64,000 bases of DNA from Schmidtea polychroa (GCA_044892525.1 CM097888.1:44516001-44580000), one strand, 5' to 3'. Positions 14,241-27,341 are shown, counted from the first letter of the stretch. A program made the numbers and translations. The notes: a model not told the origin generated them from the letters alone.

Positions 14241-14670
14241 CAAGTAAATTTCGATGGTTCGAAAGCACGATCGTTCACCCACCTAAAATACCATGATGAT
14301 GAATCATCGAGCGGTTTTAATAATAATATTTTATTGACCCATAAAAACGAGACTCTTCATAATTTGTACTTGTGGTTTTCTGTGACATTTTGTGATTACT
14401 TGCCAGTCGTTATATCTTTATTATTGATCATCAGAATTGTATGCTGCGCTATATGACTACGGAAAGCTGATTTGGTTGTTTTCAACAAAGCTTCTTTTTG
14501 ATTTAGAAGAAGTGAACAGTTTCTGACAACTATAAAAAATATTTTCAAATATGAGTTCAACTCTTTATATGAGTTAGATTGTTCTCTAGAGCTCAATATT
14601 TTTTAAAATTTTTATTTATTCCCGAATGAAATGGTTTTAAATTAAAATGTCGAACCATCGAATGTAATTG
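14241..14670. mobile_element. Decayed Tc1/mariner-superfamily (Tigger-like) MITE
   Basis: Imperfect ~22 bp inverted ends CAAGTAAATTTCGATGGTTCGA ... TCGAACCATCGAATGTAATTG; TA on the left flank only. Confidence 0.5.
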
Positions 14671-16216
14671 ATTTATTTTTGACGCTGATGATTTAGGGGT
14701 GTCGAAAAAATCGAAATTCACTTGCAATTAGAATATTTGTTGGCAACATTAATTATGTGTAGTAAGAAAACAAAATCATCTAGTTTAACAGGCGTAATAG
14801 CGTTATAAATAGAATACAATGCAGAGATATGAGTTGTCATATCGATGTCTAATCACGGCATATAAAATGGAAACAAACTCAACAAAATTTGTTAGTGGTC
14901 GAAAAAATAATTTATCAAGTAAATTGTCAAATACACCGAGAATCGAAGTCAGATATGCAAGTTTTTCATATACAGAATATAATTTTAACTGGACCTGTGT
15001 TAAAATTCCTATCCTTGGAATCAAATTGAACAAATGAATTTGAATTGTAAAAAGCTGTTTGGTTTGAAATAAAATTTTTATAGTGTTGCGTCATTTGTTT
15101 TATATAGGAACACGAGGTTACATTATCATCATATTCTTACTTAAATTGTTTATTATTCCAACATCATGTTTCTGAATTACCATTCGAGTTTCGCTGTCTT
15201 ATTGATAGCTTGAGAATGAATGGTGTTGATATTGTGAAATATGTAATTCACTGTTTGTTAGTGGGAAAAGAAGAGGTCTATTTATTAATAAGGTTGGAAG
15301 TAATGTTTCTAAACTCACCTCCTGTTGTTTATACTTAATTAAAAATATTGATCTAATCTGAAATTGAGAAATTAAAAAGTTCACATTACAAGAAATCCAA
15401 TTATATATACAATGACATAGCAATGTACAAGGACCCAGGCATATGAAAATTGTGTACACGATCGTGGCTTATTGGTGATATCAGAGGGAATCAACTAGGA
15501 CTGCTTTCCAAAGCCAGTGCATACATATAATAGGGGGCAGAGACACGTATTAAGTGCATATAAAATTGCCTCAAAAATATCATGTTAGAATCCTGAATAT
15601 TATAAATGGCTAAAAAAATTCACAAGTCCCCAAAGTTTAAATATAAATTATTTTAATCGATAATAATCTAATTTTAAGTAATAATTAAATCTAATATAAC
15701 CGAATCTAAAACATTCTAATATGATTGTTTATTTGAAAAATTGAACAAAACCAGGATTAGATATAGTTACAAAAAAACAGAAAATAAGTCCACGAGAATC
15801 AATAAATCGGATTCACAATATTGATTAACATTTCCAATAATTATAAACCAAATATTTTTAATTAAAAAGAAAACACAATGGGGAAAATATTGCCGAAAAT
15901 ATTTATCATCGTAATGATGCGTATCAGAAAAGGATAAATTTTCGAAAACTGGCTAAATAAATAAATAAATAAAATAAATATTGGAATCGATTTAGTTATA
16001 ATTGCAAGCTGGAGAAATAACAGACAATTATAGAAATCAACAATACAATTATTGCATCTCGCATTTAAATATTTGTATGCAAATCAATAAATAATTAATA
16101 ATAATTATCAATCAAATAATTATCTCACAGGAAAACCATTAACAACCAGCCTGAGTTTCTATATTAAAATGAAGTTTGCAACAAATTACATAGGTTTGAT
16201 AATTAATTTAATAACA

Positions 16217-17917
16217 TCAAATATTTTTATCATATATTATTGATATTCCTTTAAGATGAAGCTTTGAACTTGGATGTTCAGCAATCAGTTCAGTCAAATT
16301 CGTTAGCTGACTAACTGAATTGCCTTTGATATTGAGATAAATTAAATTAACACAATGAAATACAGGTTCTAAGTCTTCATATTTTGCAATGCAATTGTTT
16401 TGAACGTCTAAATGTTGCAATGATTTCAAGCTTTGTATATTTTTCAACGATTTAATCTGATTATTTGACAAATCTAATGTTGACACACAGACGAGGTATT
16501 TGAATTGTTCAGGAATGAAATATAATTGGTTAGCTGAGAAATTTATATCAATCATCAAGGTCATCCAATCTAGGTGACTAATCATAGTTAGATTTTTATC
16601 CGCCAACGCAACAGTTCGTTTATGGTTTTTATATAGGGATATTAACTCGCATTCGATCCGAAATTTGCTCCATGCTTCGTTATAAAATTGTTGTCGCATT
16701 GGATCAATTTTTTTCAACATTTCAAATTTTTCAAAGATGTCATTACAACTTTCTAAGGGTTTTATAATTCGTAATATTGATATTATGGTCAATATAACCC
16801 ATTTGTTATTAGGTTCCATTTCATAAAGTTCTTTAACTACTTTCAGCTCATCACTCAATACTTCCAAAGGCATCTCTTCGGAAACACTTTCGCATAAAAT
16901 TCGATTTATATCCGTATCGACTCTAATTAAAGATTCTTGATTTTTAGTATCCAATTCACATTGCCATTTGAAATTATTATCTGATTCATAAGTTACTGTA
17001 ATAGAGATTTTTTTGTCTAAATTGATTTCATCTAGAGAATATACCCATACAGATGAGATATTGTTTGATAAAACTGATTTCCAATTACTATCACTGTAAG
17101 AACTTATTTCTTGACCGGTTATTGGATCTAGAATTTTTATTATTATGCATACTTCAGTCATAAATTTGATAGAAACTGCTTCAGAAACAATTAATACTAT
17201 TTCACCGAGTTTCTTATTTACATATAATTCCCGAATAAATGCCTTTTTACGATTATAAACCATTAACCATCGTAAATAAAACCAAGGACTTTGATCCGAT
17301 GGATCAGTAAAAACAGCATTATTTATTAAATCTAACTCATTTTCCAAATTCAACGTTGTTGATTTATTCAATAAAAATGAACTACGATAATGCCATGATG
17401 AGTAATTACTGATGTTTTCAAGAATTTGTTTTTCTGTATAATCAAATTCCTGTTCGTGTGGTACTTTTCCATTTTCAACAACAAATCTTCGGTGATCCCA
17501 ACAATGGAAATTTCTTTCGTCTAATTTTAAAGCTCCATTGCACAATTCCATCTCCGTGTTCCAATCCGGATTACACATATTTAATAAAATCCAACAGCGG
17601 TGATGCCACACAGCATAAGCTTTAGGATTTTCACGTAAACATCTTTCAGTTAACAATAAATCTTTATTCATTAACTCTTCATCAAAGTTCAATTTCATTA
17701 AAATTTCTTTTCGATAATTCCAAAATAAATTCCATTCTGGTGCTTTTAATAGGCAATCAGTCATTAAATTTAAAATATCAACAGAGCTTTCATCATTCTT
17801 ACGAGCATCAATGATTTTATTTTTAATTTCTCTAAACAAACGTACTTTGGCTTCTTTTTCCAGTAATTTTGCTTTTAATTGTTCTTCCGAGGTTTTAACT
17901 TTTAGTCTCCCGTGCAT
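16217..17917 (-). CDS. RABGGTA: Rab geranylgeranyltransferase (type II) alpha subunit, 566 aa, single coding exon
   Basis: Diagnostic N-terminus MHGRLKVKTSEEQ. Prenyltransferase-alpha (PPTA) repeats: WNYRK, NPKAYAVWHHRCW, DERNFHCWDHRRF, NISNYSSWHYRS, FTDPSDQSPWFYLRW. A middle beta-rich insert and C-terminal LRRs (LDLSNNQI, LDVQNNCI, LNIKGNSV). Uninterrupted ORF. Confidence 0.96.
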   Translation of the reverse strand: MHGRLKVKTSEEQLKAKLLEKEAKVRLFREIKNKIIDARKNDESSVDILNLMTDCLLKAPEWNLFWNYRKEILMKLNFDEELMNKDLLLTERCLRENPKAYAVWHHRCWILLNMCNPDWNTEMELCNGALKLDERNFHCWDHRRFVVENGKVPHEQEFDYTEKQILENISNYSSWHYRSSFLLNKSTTLNLENELDLINNAVFTDPSDQSPWFYLRWLMVYNRKKAFIRELYVNKKLGEIVLIVSEAVSIKFMTEVCIIIKILDPITGQEISSYSDSNWKSVLSNNISSVWVYSLDEINLDKKISITVTYESDNNFKWQCELDTKNQESLIRVDTDINRILCESVSEEMPLEVLSDELKVVKELYEMEPNNKWVILTIISILRIIKPLESCNDIFEKFEMLKKIDPMRQQFYNEAWSKFRIECELISLYKNHKRTVALADKNLTMISHLDWMTLMIDINFSANQLYFIPEQFKYLVCVSTLDLSNNQIKSLKNIQSLKSLQHLDVQNNCIAKYEDLEPVFHCVNLIYLNIKGNSVSQLTNLTELIAEHPSSKLHLKGISIIYDKNI

Positions 17918-18235
17918 CAGAAACTGTAAATTATTTTACAAAAAAATAGTTTATTACCTTTTAAACAATTCACTTGTTAAGTAATTTTTAAATTACAAAA
18001 GTATATGAAATTACTTATATAGAACAGACAAACAAATTCGATAAAAGTTGATTATGTGCTAAATTTAAAGTTTGTTGGATTTTGTATTAATTTTAATTGG
18101 AAAAATAATTTTCTCCAACTAAATTTCTATTTAATGTATAAATATAAAATAATTTAATAGTAATAAAATTTAAATAAATCTCCTGATAAATATGACGAAT
18201 ATTTATCATTCTTGCAAACTTAATTTTTAGCAATA

Positions 18236-18463
18236 CACTCATACCTCGCTTTACGGCCTAGATACGTTCCAGGAAAGTTGGCCGCAAAGCGAAACGCTGC
18301 ATAACGAATCAAATATTTTGATACAATTCCATATATAATTCCATACTTTTTTTGGCCGTATAACGAAACATTTTAGGCCGTAAATCGAAAAAGTGCCGTA
18401 ATTAAAGTAGGCCGTTATAGCGAAAAGCCGTATAAAGAGCAGCCGTATAGCGAGGTATGAGTG
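18236..18463. mobile_element. Tc1/mariner (pogo/Tigger-type) MITE, 228 bp, upstream of RABGGTA
   Basis: TIR CACTCATACCTCGCTTTACGGC ... GCCGTATAGCGAGGTATGAGTG, TA on both sides (18234-35, 18464-65), internal GCCGTA repeats. Confidence 0.9.
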
Positions 18464-20531
18464 TATTTTGAATTATGTGAAATGTAAAATAACTCAAGCA
18501 AATCATTTAAAATCAAAGAAACTTTTGCAATTAAATACTTTAACAATAAAATCATTTATCTTTTGCAAAAAAAATTTACATTTAGAAATTCATTAGTTTT
18601 TCAGAATTGTAGGGTTGTTTTCACTATTCTACTCATATCGCTATAACTACTGCGCATTTCAATGTCGTGTTCTTTATTATAATTCAATTCTAATGGTCAC
18701 AACTTCAATCAAAATACATTTTACCAAGCTACATCCGTGACGAGTTATGCTTGTGCAAAAGCAGCTTGGATGAAATCCATAAACAAAGTTGGGAACCCAC
18801 TGGGTAACGTAAGTTAAACATTCCTTGGGTTTAGGGTGCCAATAGAAGGTACATAAATGAAAATTGTCTAAGCCATCCATATTAAACTCTTAATAATAGT
18901 TCTATCTAAATTGTTTGTGAATTGAATAAAGTCGAAAGTTCCTCGGCACATTTAATTCTTAGTTAATTAAAAACTCTTTAAAAACTAGAACTGTCAAAGT
19001 AATATAACACAATTAAGATAATTAATAATAAGAGTCTAATTTGATTCACCCATCCACCTTATTGGTGAATTCATACATAAATCACTAATCTATTTTATTG
19101 TGCACTTTTAATAAAAATAAGAACAAAACCAAATCACTTGTCAATTCTGTTCACAACATATTTTTAGTCATCTGAAAACAGCAAAAGGTACGAAGGCAAG
19201 GCAGGAGCAGCCAGAACCTCGTCCTTTCGATCTTTTTCTTGGCCTGTATCCATTCTTGGTGCATATATGTGTTCGTCGATATTTGAATCATTAGTACCTG
19301 GTTTGTTTTAGCTTCGTAGGTAGGATTGATGGAAACCACGACGACACTGTGTTGAGCTCTATTGTGCCAAAAGACGCCAAATCACTAATGCGCACACGTA
19401 CCAGGAAGTTCACATCTACCTACTAACTGACCTATGTTTTGCATCTCTATTACCGCAAGCTTTATTTAACAAGGTTAAACAATATTGCCATTTTATTAAT
19501 TTAATTTAAATTTTAACTTCTACAATTATGATTCTTTCAGATGTCAATATATACCATAAATTTTATTGAATTTTTTTTCATCTTTTCTCGATTTAATTAC
19601 AACTTTTTGATATGTTAATGCAAGTTCTATTTAGTCTTTCGTATTTACTCTTTCAATCGATACTCCATAGGAGATTAACTAATCATACGTATTTCATTTC
19701 CTTGTATCGCACTAGCACTCTCTATAGGGTTTTAATTAAATTTTTAATTCTATTCCTCAGGTTGAAGCACACTGCATATACAAAATTCTAAGTACAGAGA
19801 GTCACTTGGGTGGTATTTCCCCAAAATTACAATTCACCGAAGAAATTTGGTTCTACAGCTAGCTAGGAAAACAAAGGACATATTGTGTGGTATCACTGAA
19901 TTCTTTCTCAAAAAGAAAACCCAGTGATAAATCTTATCCAAATTGATTTGATCAACTGATTCACCTTTGTCTTAGACAATTTTGATGAATTGAATTTTCT
20001 TATAATTATATAAAACTTTGCTGATTTGTGAAATCAATCTCTAATAATTTATTGTTTCACTTATGGATTGGGGTTATAATCATGGTTATTCCTTATTTCT
20101 TGATATGTATAAGGATCTAAATGCACTCAGCATCAACGGTCCATAGTATTGTTACCTGAGTTAAGGAAATATTTGAGTATTTGAGTTAACCCATAATTAA
20201 TGCACAGGTAAATGAACAATGAATACTTAATTAAATACGTCTAAGAGCTAGGAGTAGAGGAATAACTTCCAGTACCGATTGTCCTTGCATAATTTTATAC
20301 TTAAACATAAAAAATTTAATATCAATTTTTTATGAAGCCTTGAATAAGTAATAAAAAAATTATGACCTTTTCAAAACCAATTTATTAATAATTCAAAGAT
20401 AAAATTAACATATTCAAATTAAAATTAACACCAATAAATCTCAAGGTCAGACTAATAAAATGGTAAGCATCATAAACTGCTAGCAATCGATGAATTGTTT
20501 AACTGCTTCATAATAATATCATCTTCTGATT

Positions 20532-20643
20532 ATGAAAACATTAAATCCTATCCGAAGTAGTTTAAACAAGTCTGACGTAGCAATCATTAATAGTTTATTA
20601 AATTATGAGCTGAAAACGAATAAAATTATTCGATCATCATGCG
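20532..20643 (+). CDS. NOVA: NOVA/pasilla homolog, putative coding exon 1 (start codon uncertain)
   Basis: ATG-initiated frame continuous with KH1. Strong phase-1 donor G|GTAAGA at 20644, at the position of the conserved phase-1 intron preceding KH1 in Nova genes. Confidence 0.6.
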
Positions 20644-20703
20644 GTAAGATAAAAAATTCTTATTTTTATATATTTGATTTCATTAATTATTCAAAATTTA
20701 TAG

Positions 20704-20841
20704 AGAACATTCATTTGAAAATTCTGATCCCATGCATCGCTGCGGGAGCAATAATTGGTAAGGCAGGGGAGGCAATTGCGATCATTCAAAATGAATCCGG
20801 TGCCAAAGTTAAAATTTCAAAATCCTATGATTTTTATCCTG
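20704..20841 (+). CDS. NOVA: NOVA/pasilla homolog exon 2 (KH1 first half)
   Basis: [46 protein letters not shown](G); acceptor TTATAG at 20703, donor G|GTTAGT at 20842. Confidence 0.93.
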
Positions 20842-21435
20842 GTTAGTTTTTATGAAAAAAAATACACTTTCATATTCCATACGCGTTGCGTTGGTTCGAT
20901 ACGTCAAATATTTAATGATATTGTGCCTTGCGTTTCGTAATATACATGTTAGAATATCTCGTTTGTTAAAAATGGAAATATTATTTTAAGCAGTACCGAA
21001 GTAGCTTTCTATTCTTTTATGAATGGAAATTCCCTCTTTTGTGGTACTGTCAGTTATGTATGAGAGGATAAGTATTTTGATTATGTATTCTATGTCGGCT
21101 CCTAAAATTGAAATTATGTCTTTGGACATAAAGATGATTCAAAAGATAACTCTTGCCAATGTGAAGTTTATATTGTCCGAGAGAATATAGGGACATTTCA
21201 ATTGCCTTCTAAGTTGTAAAATTTAGGAGCCGCTAGCCTACAAGCTTTGAACAACATACTGTGTTATCGTTTGTTTTAATTTTCCTGTAGATTTTTATAT
21301 AGCAATGGCGAATATGTGGTTGGTTTAATTTTAAAAATTTGTTTTATTACTCCAGGGAAAATATTTTAAATTTTGAAATCGATATTTCGATAAGAAATAT
21401 TTGTTTGATCAAAATTTTTATTATGATTTTTATTA

Positions 21436-22099
21436 TCAGATTGAGTCAAAAGTTATTCTTTTTAGTTATCGTTTTACCAGATCATAACATTTATATGGAA
21501 AATTTGGTATTATTTATAACGCACTTTAAAACTCAATTTAGTTATTTTTACATTTTAAAATGATTGAAGAAAAAGCAGTAATTCGTCTTATTACGAACTT
21601 ATTGGAAAAAACCCTAACAGCGGCAGCTGTGACTTGAGAAATGTGCTCAAAGAAAATACAGCTCAGTAGTGGTTTCGTTGCTTTAATCAGAGAGATACCA
21701 GTCTTGAAGATCCCGTACTCTCAGATGAACCATCCGTGGTAAAAAAAATGAATTTCATGCTCTGGTGGAGCAACAGTCTGGTACCCACTAGCTGTCAGAG
21801 AAGCTCTGCCATTCTCAAACCACCATCTTGCAAGGCATTGAAGTCATCCCCCACCAAGTGTATAGCCCGAACCTTACCCCTTATGATTATCATTTGTTTC
21901 ACGAAGACGCTTTAGTTTAGAGGATGTCAAAACTGAAATCGCCTCCAAGATACCTGGGATTAATCAATTTGCAGAAAGATGGCTTCGAGTCATTGAAAAT
22001 GATGGACTGTATTTCAAAGGATAATATGATTAGTGTTATAACAATTTGTGTAAATAACGTATTCACATAAAAACATGAATAATTCTTGACTCAACCTGG
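21436..22099 (+). mobile_element. Internally deleted mariner element in NOVA intron 2
   Basis: Inverted ends TCAGATTGAGTCAAAAGTTATTC ... GAATAATTCTTGACTCAACCTGG with flanking TA. Mariner motif YSPNLTPYDYHLF (YSPDLAPxD type) near 21865 and C-terminal ERWLRVIENDGLYF. Confidence 0.8.
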
Positions 22100-22900
22100 T
22101 AATAAGCGTTATTCTTTTCTTGAGAGCAAATTTTCTTTAGCTATTTTTCATTCAATTAATATTATGTATGTGTTATAAAATTTTTTATAATAAAAATTAA
22201 ATATAGTCCTTCAATTTTTTATAGGTCGAAAATTATTTTATATTAGATATGTATTATCATATGAAATACCCAGAAAATTGAACATTTAGTCATTATTATA
22301 TAAAATGAGTAACACTTAATAATTCTTTATTCAAACTTGTCTTTTTCTGCCAATTATTTATATTTTATTGTATAAAATATAACTGTATTATCTATAATAG
22401 TCATTGAAATATGATGACTCCAGATTCAAGAATTAGGTATCGGGTATTCCCTACAGACTTTCCATCACTGAAAACATATCTTTATAACAGGGATTCGTAC
22501 TATTTTCTATTATTTCCCCCCCCCCCCCCCCCACTCCCTCCCCATCTCAAATGGCAATATTTTCAATATAAGTATTTCGAAATTTTTTAATTGTATAAAA
22601 CATTAAATTTGTAATCAACCTTTCAAATCTTGGTTCTTTATTACAAAGCAATAATTTTAATACTAAATTTACTGACAAAATTGCCTACCTATTATTACTG
22701 AATACTCTCATATTGACAAATACATTCAAATACGGTTTTTTAAGCAAAAATAAAAAATTTCAAAAAGTAGTTTTTGACTTTAAATTTACTGCAATTTTTA
22801 AATTTTATTTCAACAAAAGTTTAACCCTATTTTAATGCTCCACACTTGGTGAACCCGACATTTTCGAATATATTCTATCCTTATACGTTGCTTTATATAG

Positions 22901-23049
22901 GAACAACCGAGAGAACTTGCTTGATTATGGGCACCATAGAATCGGTTACTAAAGTCCATAATTATATTATAGAAAAGATTTATGAAAAACCTGAACAGCT
23001 AATTCGGCAAATGATTGATGGAAAAGGAATTATTGAAAGACATAAACAG
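22901..23049 (+). CDS. NOVA: NOVA/pasilla homolog exon 3 (KH1 second half and linker)
   Basis: (G)TTERTCLIMGTIESVTKVHNYIIEKIYEKPE...ERHKQ; acceptor ATATAG at 22900, donor CAG|GTAAAA at 23050; phases match neighbouring exons. Confidence 0.93.
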
Positions 23050-24311
23050 GTAAAAATAACTTTTGTAAATTTAAAAATTAATGGACTTCATCATCATTTT
23101 ATCTCCGACATAATTCAATATGATAAATAGAAATAATTTATTGATCTATAGTCTGAACGAATAGAGATAAACAAAATTGTAAAAAAAAATAAATCAAAAG
23201 TAAAATTAAAAGATTTAAATGAAAGATATAACATTAATTGGTGAAATTCATGATAATTTATGATTTTCTTTTACCTAGAGAATTGAAAAAATAGCTGGTG
23301 TCCCAATATTGTGTCCCAAGGGATATATTATTTGTAAATCACGTTTTCCTTTTGCTTTATGATTACTTATCCCTATCTCATTTAGCGTCATTTCTTCCCT
23401 GCAATTGTAATTCACTAAAGCACTCTTTCATTGTCGGATTAAACTTCATGTCTCAAAAGGTTTTCAACACCTTCGTATCGTGATTTTGAAGCTAATAACC
23501 CTACTTATTCTGGTTGTTTCAACATGAAAACTCGTGCATGTTGTACAGCCTCTGAGAGATCCCTTTCCACAATTTTTGTGGACGAAGACTATCTTCCTCT
23601 CTATAGGTCTGCTAGGAACACGTATAGCGAATCATCATTCCATGTACATGAACGAAACCTGCCGTAGTTTGGAAACCATCCAATGAAAAATTATTCCATT
23701 GAGGCGTTTCTATTGCAGAAAAGGAGCCTTGATCTTTCTCCACTAGGTAATAAGATATCAGTAGAAACAGAAGGACAATTGCAAATCTTCAATCTACAAT
23801 TTAAATATTACCTATTCCATTGTAAGGTTTTATGAAATTCTCTAGCTCCAATATTGTTACGAATCCATAAAATTATAAATCACAATAAATTCTAAAACAA
23901 CTAAAATTTAAAACTTTATTTTTATCACATTTCAATATTTTAAAAAAGCTATTTCTCGATTTTACAAAAAAATATCTCATCAAAATTATTTTACACGTAT
24001 TCAACTTTTAATTTGCAATCGGTTATCACTTTCCTCCTCAAAATATAATAATTTTTCTTTATTGAATATTTAATTAACTTTTAATTAGTTTTAACAATTT
24101 TCATTTCCATTTATTGTGTGCATTATGTGTATCCCAAAATATTTCATACAATGATCATTGTCAATGTTTATTTGTGACCAGTTTGATTCTTACAGCGTTA
24201 TTCATATTACGTTTATTTATAAATAAAAGTATATTTAATACCACGCGCCTCAAATACTATGAAGTACTTTTTGTAGTATTTATTTACTTACATAAGTATA
24301 TAACATACTTA

Positions 24312-24528
24312 CCGTATATACTCGCGTATAAGTCGAGAAATTTACGTCAAATTTTCAAGTCAAAATAGCCACTTCGACTTATACGCGGGTCAAAAAACGT
24401 ACAAATTGATTTTTAATGAAATCATTAAACCTTTTTTTATTTTTGTTACTTCAACTTATATGCGGGTTTCCAATTTAGGACTTAAAAACCTCTTAAAATT
24501 TACTCGACTTATACGCGAATATATACGG
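24312..24528. mobile_element. Tc2/pogo-type MITE, 217 bp, in NOVA intron 3
   Basis: TIR CCGTATATACTCGCGTATAAGTCGAG ... CTCGACTTATACGCGAATATATACGG with TA TSD on both sides. Confidence 0.92.
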
Positions 24529-26251
24529 TACAAGTTTTACCTATTTAATTAATAAGGAGTAGGTTTAAACCATCATGAACGTAATAGAGATTGGACAATT
24601 AGTACATCTTCACTAAACTATTTTCCGCCTGCCACCCAGATACCGTGACACCTTGTACCCCAATGACACAACCATGTTTAATACCATTATTGTTGGTTTT
24701 TTTATTTTCTACTTGCTTTATTTAAATTAAATTTATTTGCGAATATTATTTTAAGTCCATTCCATTATAGAAAGTGAATATTTCTTTTATAAATTTTGAA
24801 AATAAAACATTCTTTAATTTAAAATGTATTATTTGTGTACCATTTGCAAATAAAAACCTCGAAACCAAATAAATTTTTATTTCACTTTTATAGAGAATCA
24901 AATTCCGTCTTTGCTATGTTGAAACAAAAATTTTCCTTATCTTTAATAATTTTATAAATTATTATAAGAACTTTTTTTCCAAATTCCACCACTGATTTCT
25001 TTTCCATTGACATTGTATTTTTTAAAAAGCTTGACTATGGATTAGTAAATATATCGATATTTTTGATATTTACGAATTTTCGGCACTGCCTCTTTCAAGT
25101 GAATTTTCAAGTTAGTAAATTATAATAATATTTATTTATTTCATCACAAGCAACCCTTGAGCAATGCAGTTAATTGGCTTTTTGTTATTCAAAAACCGAA
25201 CTTGGAAATTTTGTAAAAAATTAAATTTTCACAAGTTATATTTCAAATTATTTAACCATTATTATAAGAAATGCGAAAGGGATTTTCTCAAAGCATAATT
25301 TAAGTACCACGTTATACGAAGGTTGTTTGTAAAACTTAAAATATTAATTGTTACAAATGGTATAGATAAATTGAAATATGTTCTACTTACTGTGTTTAAT
25401 ACGATACATCGCGAATTTAGATGACATTTAGGCACTATTTCCAAATTAAACCTGCTATAAGAAAACAATTTTTATGTTATATTCACATGAAATATTGTGT
25501 TGCTATATAAAAATACACAATTAACCTAAATTGTGTGCTTGCTCGTTATTTGGATTTATGATGATAAAACCTGATGTACTTTCCATTTGTCCTAGGGTTC
25601 TGACTACATTTCACTAAAACTATGTGTGTATCTATCTTGCAGTGTAAAATTTGAACAGTGCCAGATGCATTCACGCACAAACATTGGAGGAATGTAGTGA
25701 AAAGCACATGAATAATTAAACTCAATCATGGATTAAATACACTGGAATATAATTACACACATTTACTTATCTAAAATATATCACATGAATTTGATTAATA
25801 TTTTATTTGCTTAAAGCATATTCAATTGGGAAATTATCATTAACTACAGATACACTATTCTAAATTGAGGTTGTACACCATTCTAAAAGTTGTACATTTC
25901 ACTCAAGTAACTTCAATGTTGAAAGAAAATAGTGGAACACTCACCATTACGCGTCCAAATGTAAGTTTGATGGGGCGGATAAGTCCAGATTTATTTAATA
26001 TTGGTTTTCATAGTTATCACTTGGTATTGACTGCATGTCACTAATGTGTATGTGTTCATATCTCAAGGACTATACATATTTTTATGATTATAGCAGAAAA
26101 AATTTAGAAATGGCGCACCTATATTTGGTTCATATTAAATCAGGTACTGCACAAACTGTAGAGTTGGGCTTTATTTTTGAAAGTTCCATTATCGGTTTCT
26201 TTAATTCTATTTACATATATCTTTTTATATAGGTTGTATTATAATTATTAG

Positions 26252-26405
26252 GTAAAAATTCTTGTTCCAAATAGCACAGCTGGAATGATAATTGGCAAAT
26301 CTGGATGCTATATTAAGGAAGTCAAAGAAAAAAGTGGAGCGTTTGTACAAATATCTCAAAAGTCCAAAGAAATAAATTTACCAGAAAGATGTGTCACCAT
26401 AGCTG
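26252..26405 (+). CDS. NOVA: NOVA/pasilla homolog exon 4 (KH2)
   Basis: [51 protein letters not shown](G); acceptor TATTAG at 26251, donor G|GTGAGA at 26406. Confidence 0.95.
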
Positions 26406-27341
26406 GTGAGAAAACTTATAAATTTATTAAAATTTTAGCCGTTATAAATGCAAATTTTCTTTTTCGCATTATAAAATTTATAATATGAAGTAAAGGTCCG
26501 TAACCACTACCTTACAGCACATCAGAGTATAAGGCGTGGTCCATAAGGGTAACCTGTATAACATATTTTATTTTTCTGATAATTTGAATTCACTATACAT
26601 ATATATATATATATAATTTTTATTTTTAAAATATACATTTGATGTTTTCAGATTTTTTTTTTAACAAATAGATTGAATCACCAGTGGTTTGAAGCCGGTT
26701 CGGTCAGGTTCATGCGAACCGTTAGTTCAAAATAATATTAAGTAAAAAATTAGTATTAATTTCAAAAAAATCACAATTTTTTTAATTGAAAAAAATGTGT
26801 CCGTTTCTACAAATTTTTATATAAATTGCATAAATATTACTTTACAGTTTAGCCGTTCGGCAAAAATATAGCGAAATTCACCTCTATGCAAAAAAGTGAA
26901 ACTCAGAACAACAAGTCGCAGGCTAGTAGGAATTTTGTTGATTACCAGACTTTCTCATTTTTATAGAAAATATTTGTTTATAATTGACCGGAAACCATTC
27001 CGCTTCTTCCGACATGTGCTTTTTCTGCTATTTACTTCCCTTATTAAAAAACAAATTAAAATCGCTAAGAAAAAGTTGGTTGCTACGCTTCATTTCCTGA
27101 AATTATTGTTTTATTATTATACTAATAAAAATAAAATTGACACTTTAAAATAGTAATTTATTACTAGTATTAAATTTGTATATTTTAAAGTGTCAATTTT
27201 ATCTTGTGTTTTTGAAAAATTCACGCTCTTTCTAAAATGTGGAATTTGTTTTACTCCCGTGATTATTTCACAGGTTGCAACTAATGTAATATTAATATTT
27301 ATTTTGCATCAATGATTATATTTTTGTGGTGTTGGTATCGA

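Noticed and set aside
18700-20300. Possible decayed L1/Tx1-like LINE between RABGGTA and NOVA
   Set aside because: Faint motif hints only (QG..L.PLL.L, YLG); not enough to call without a profile search.
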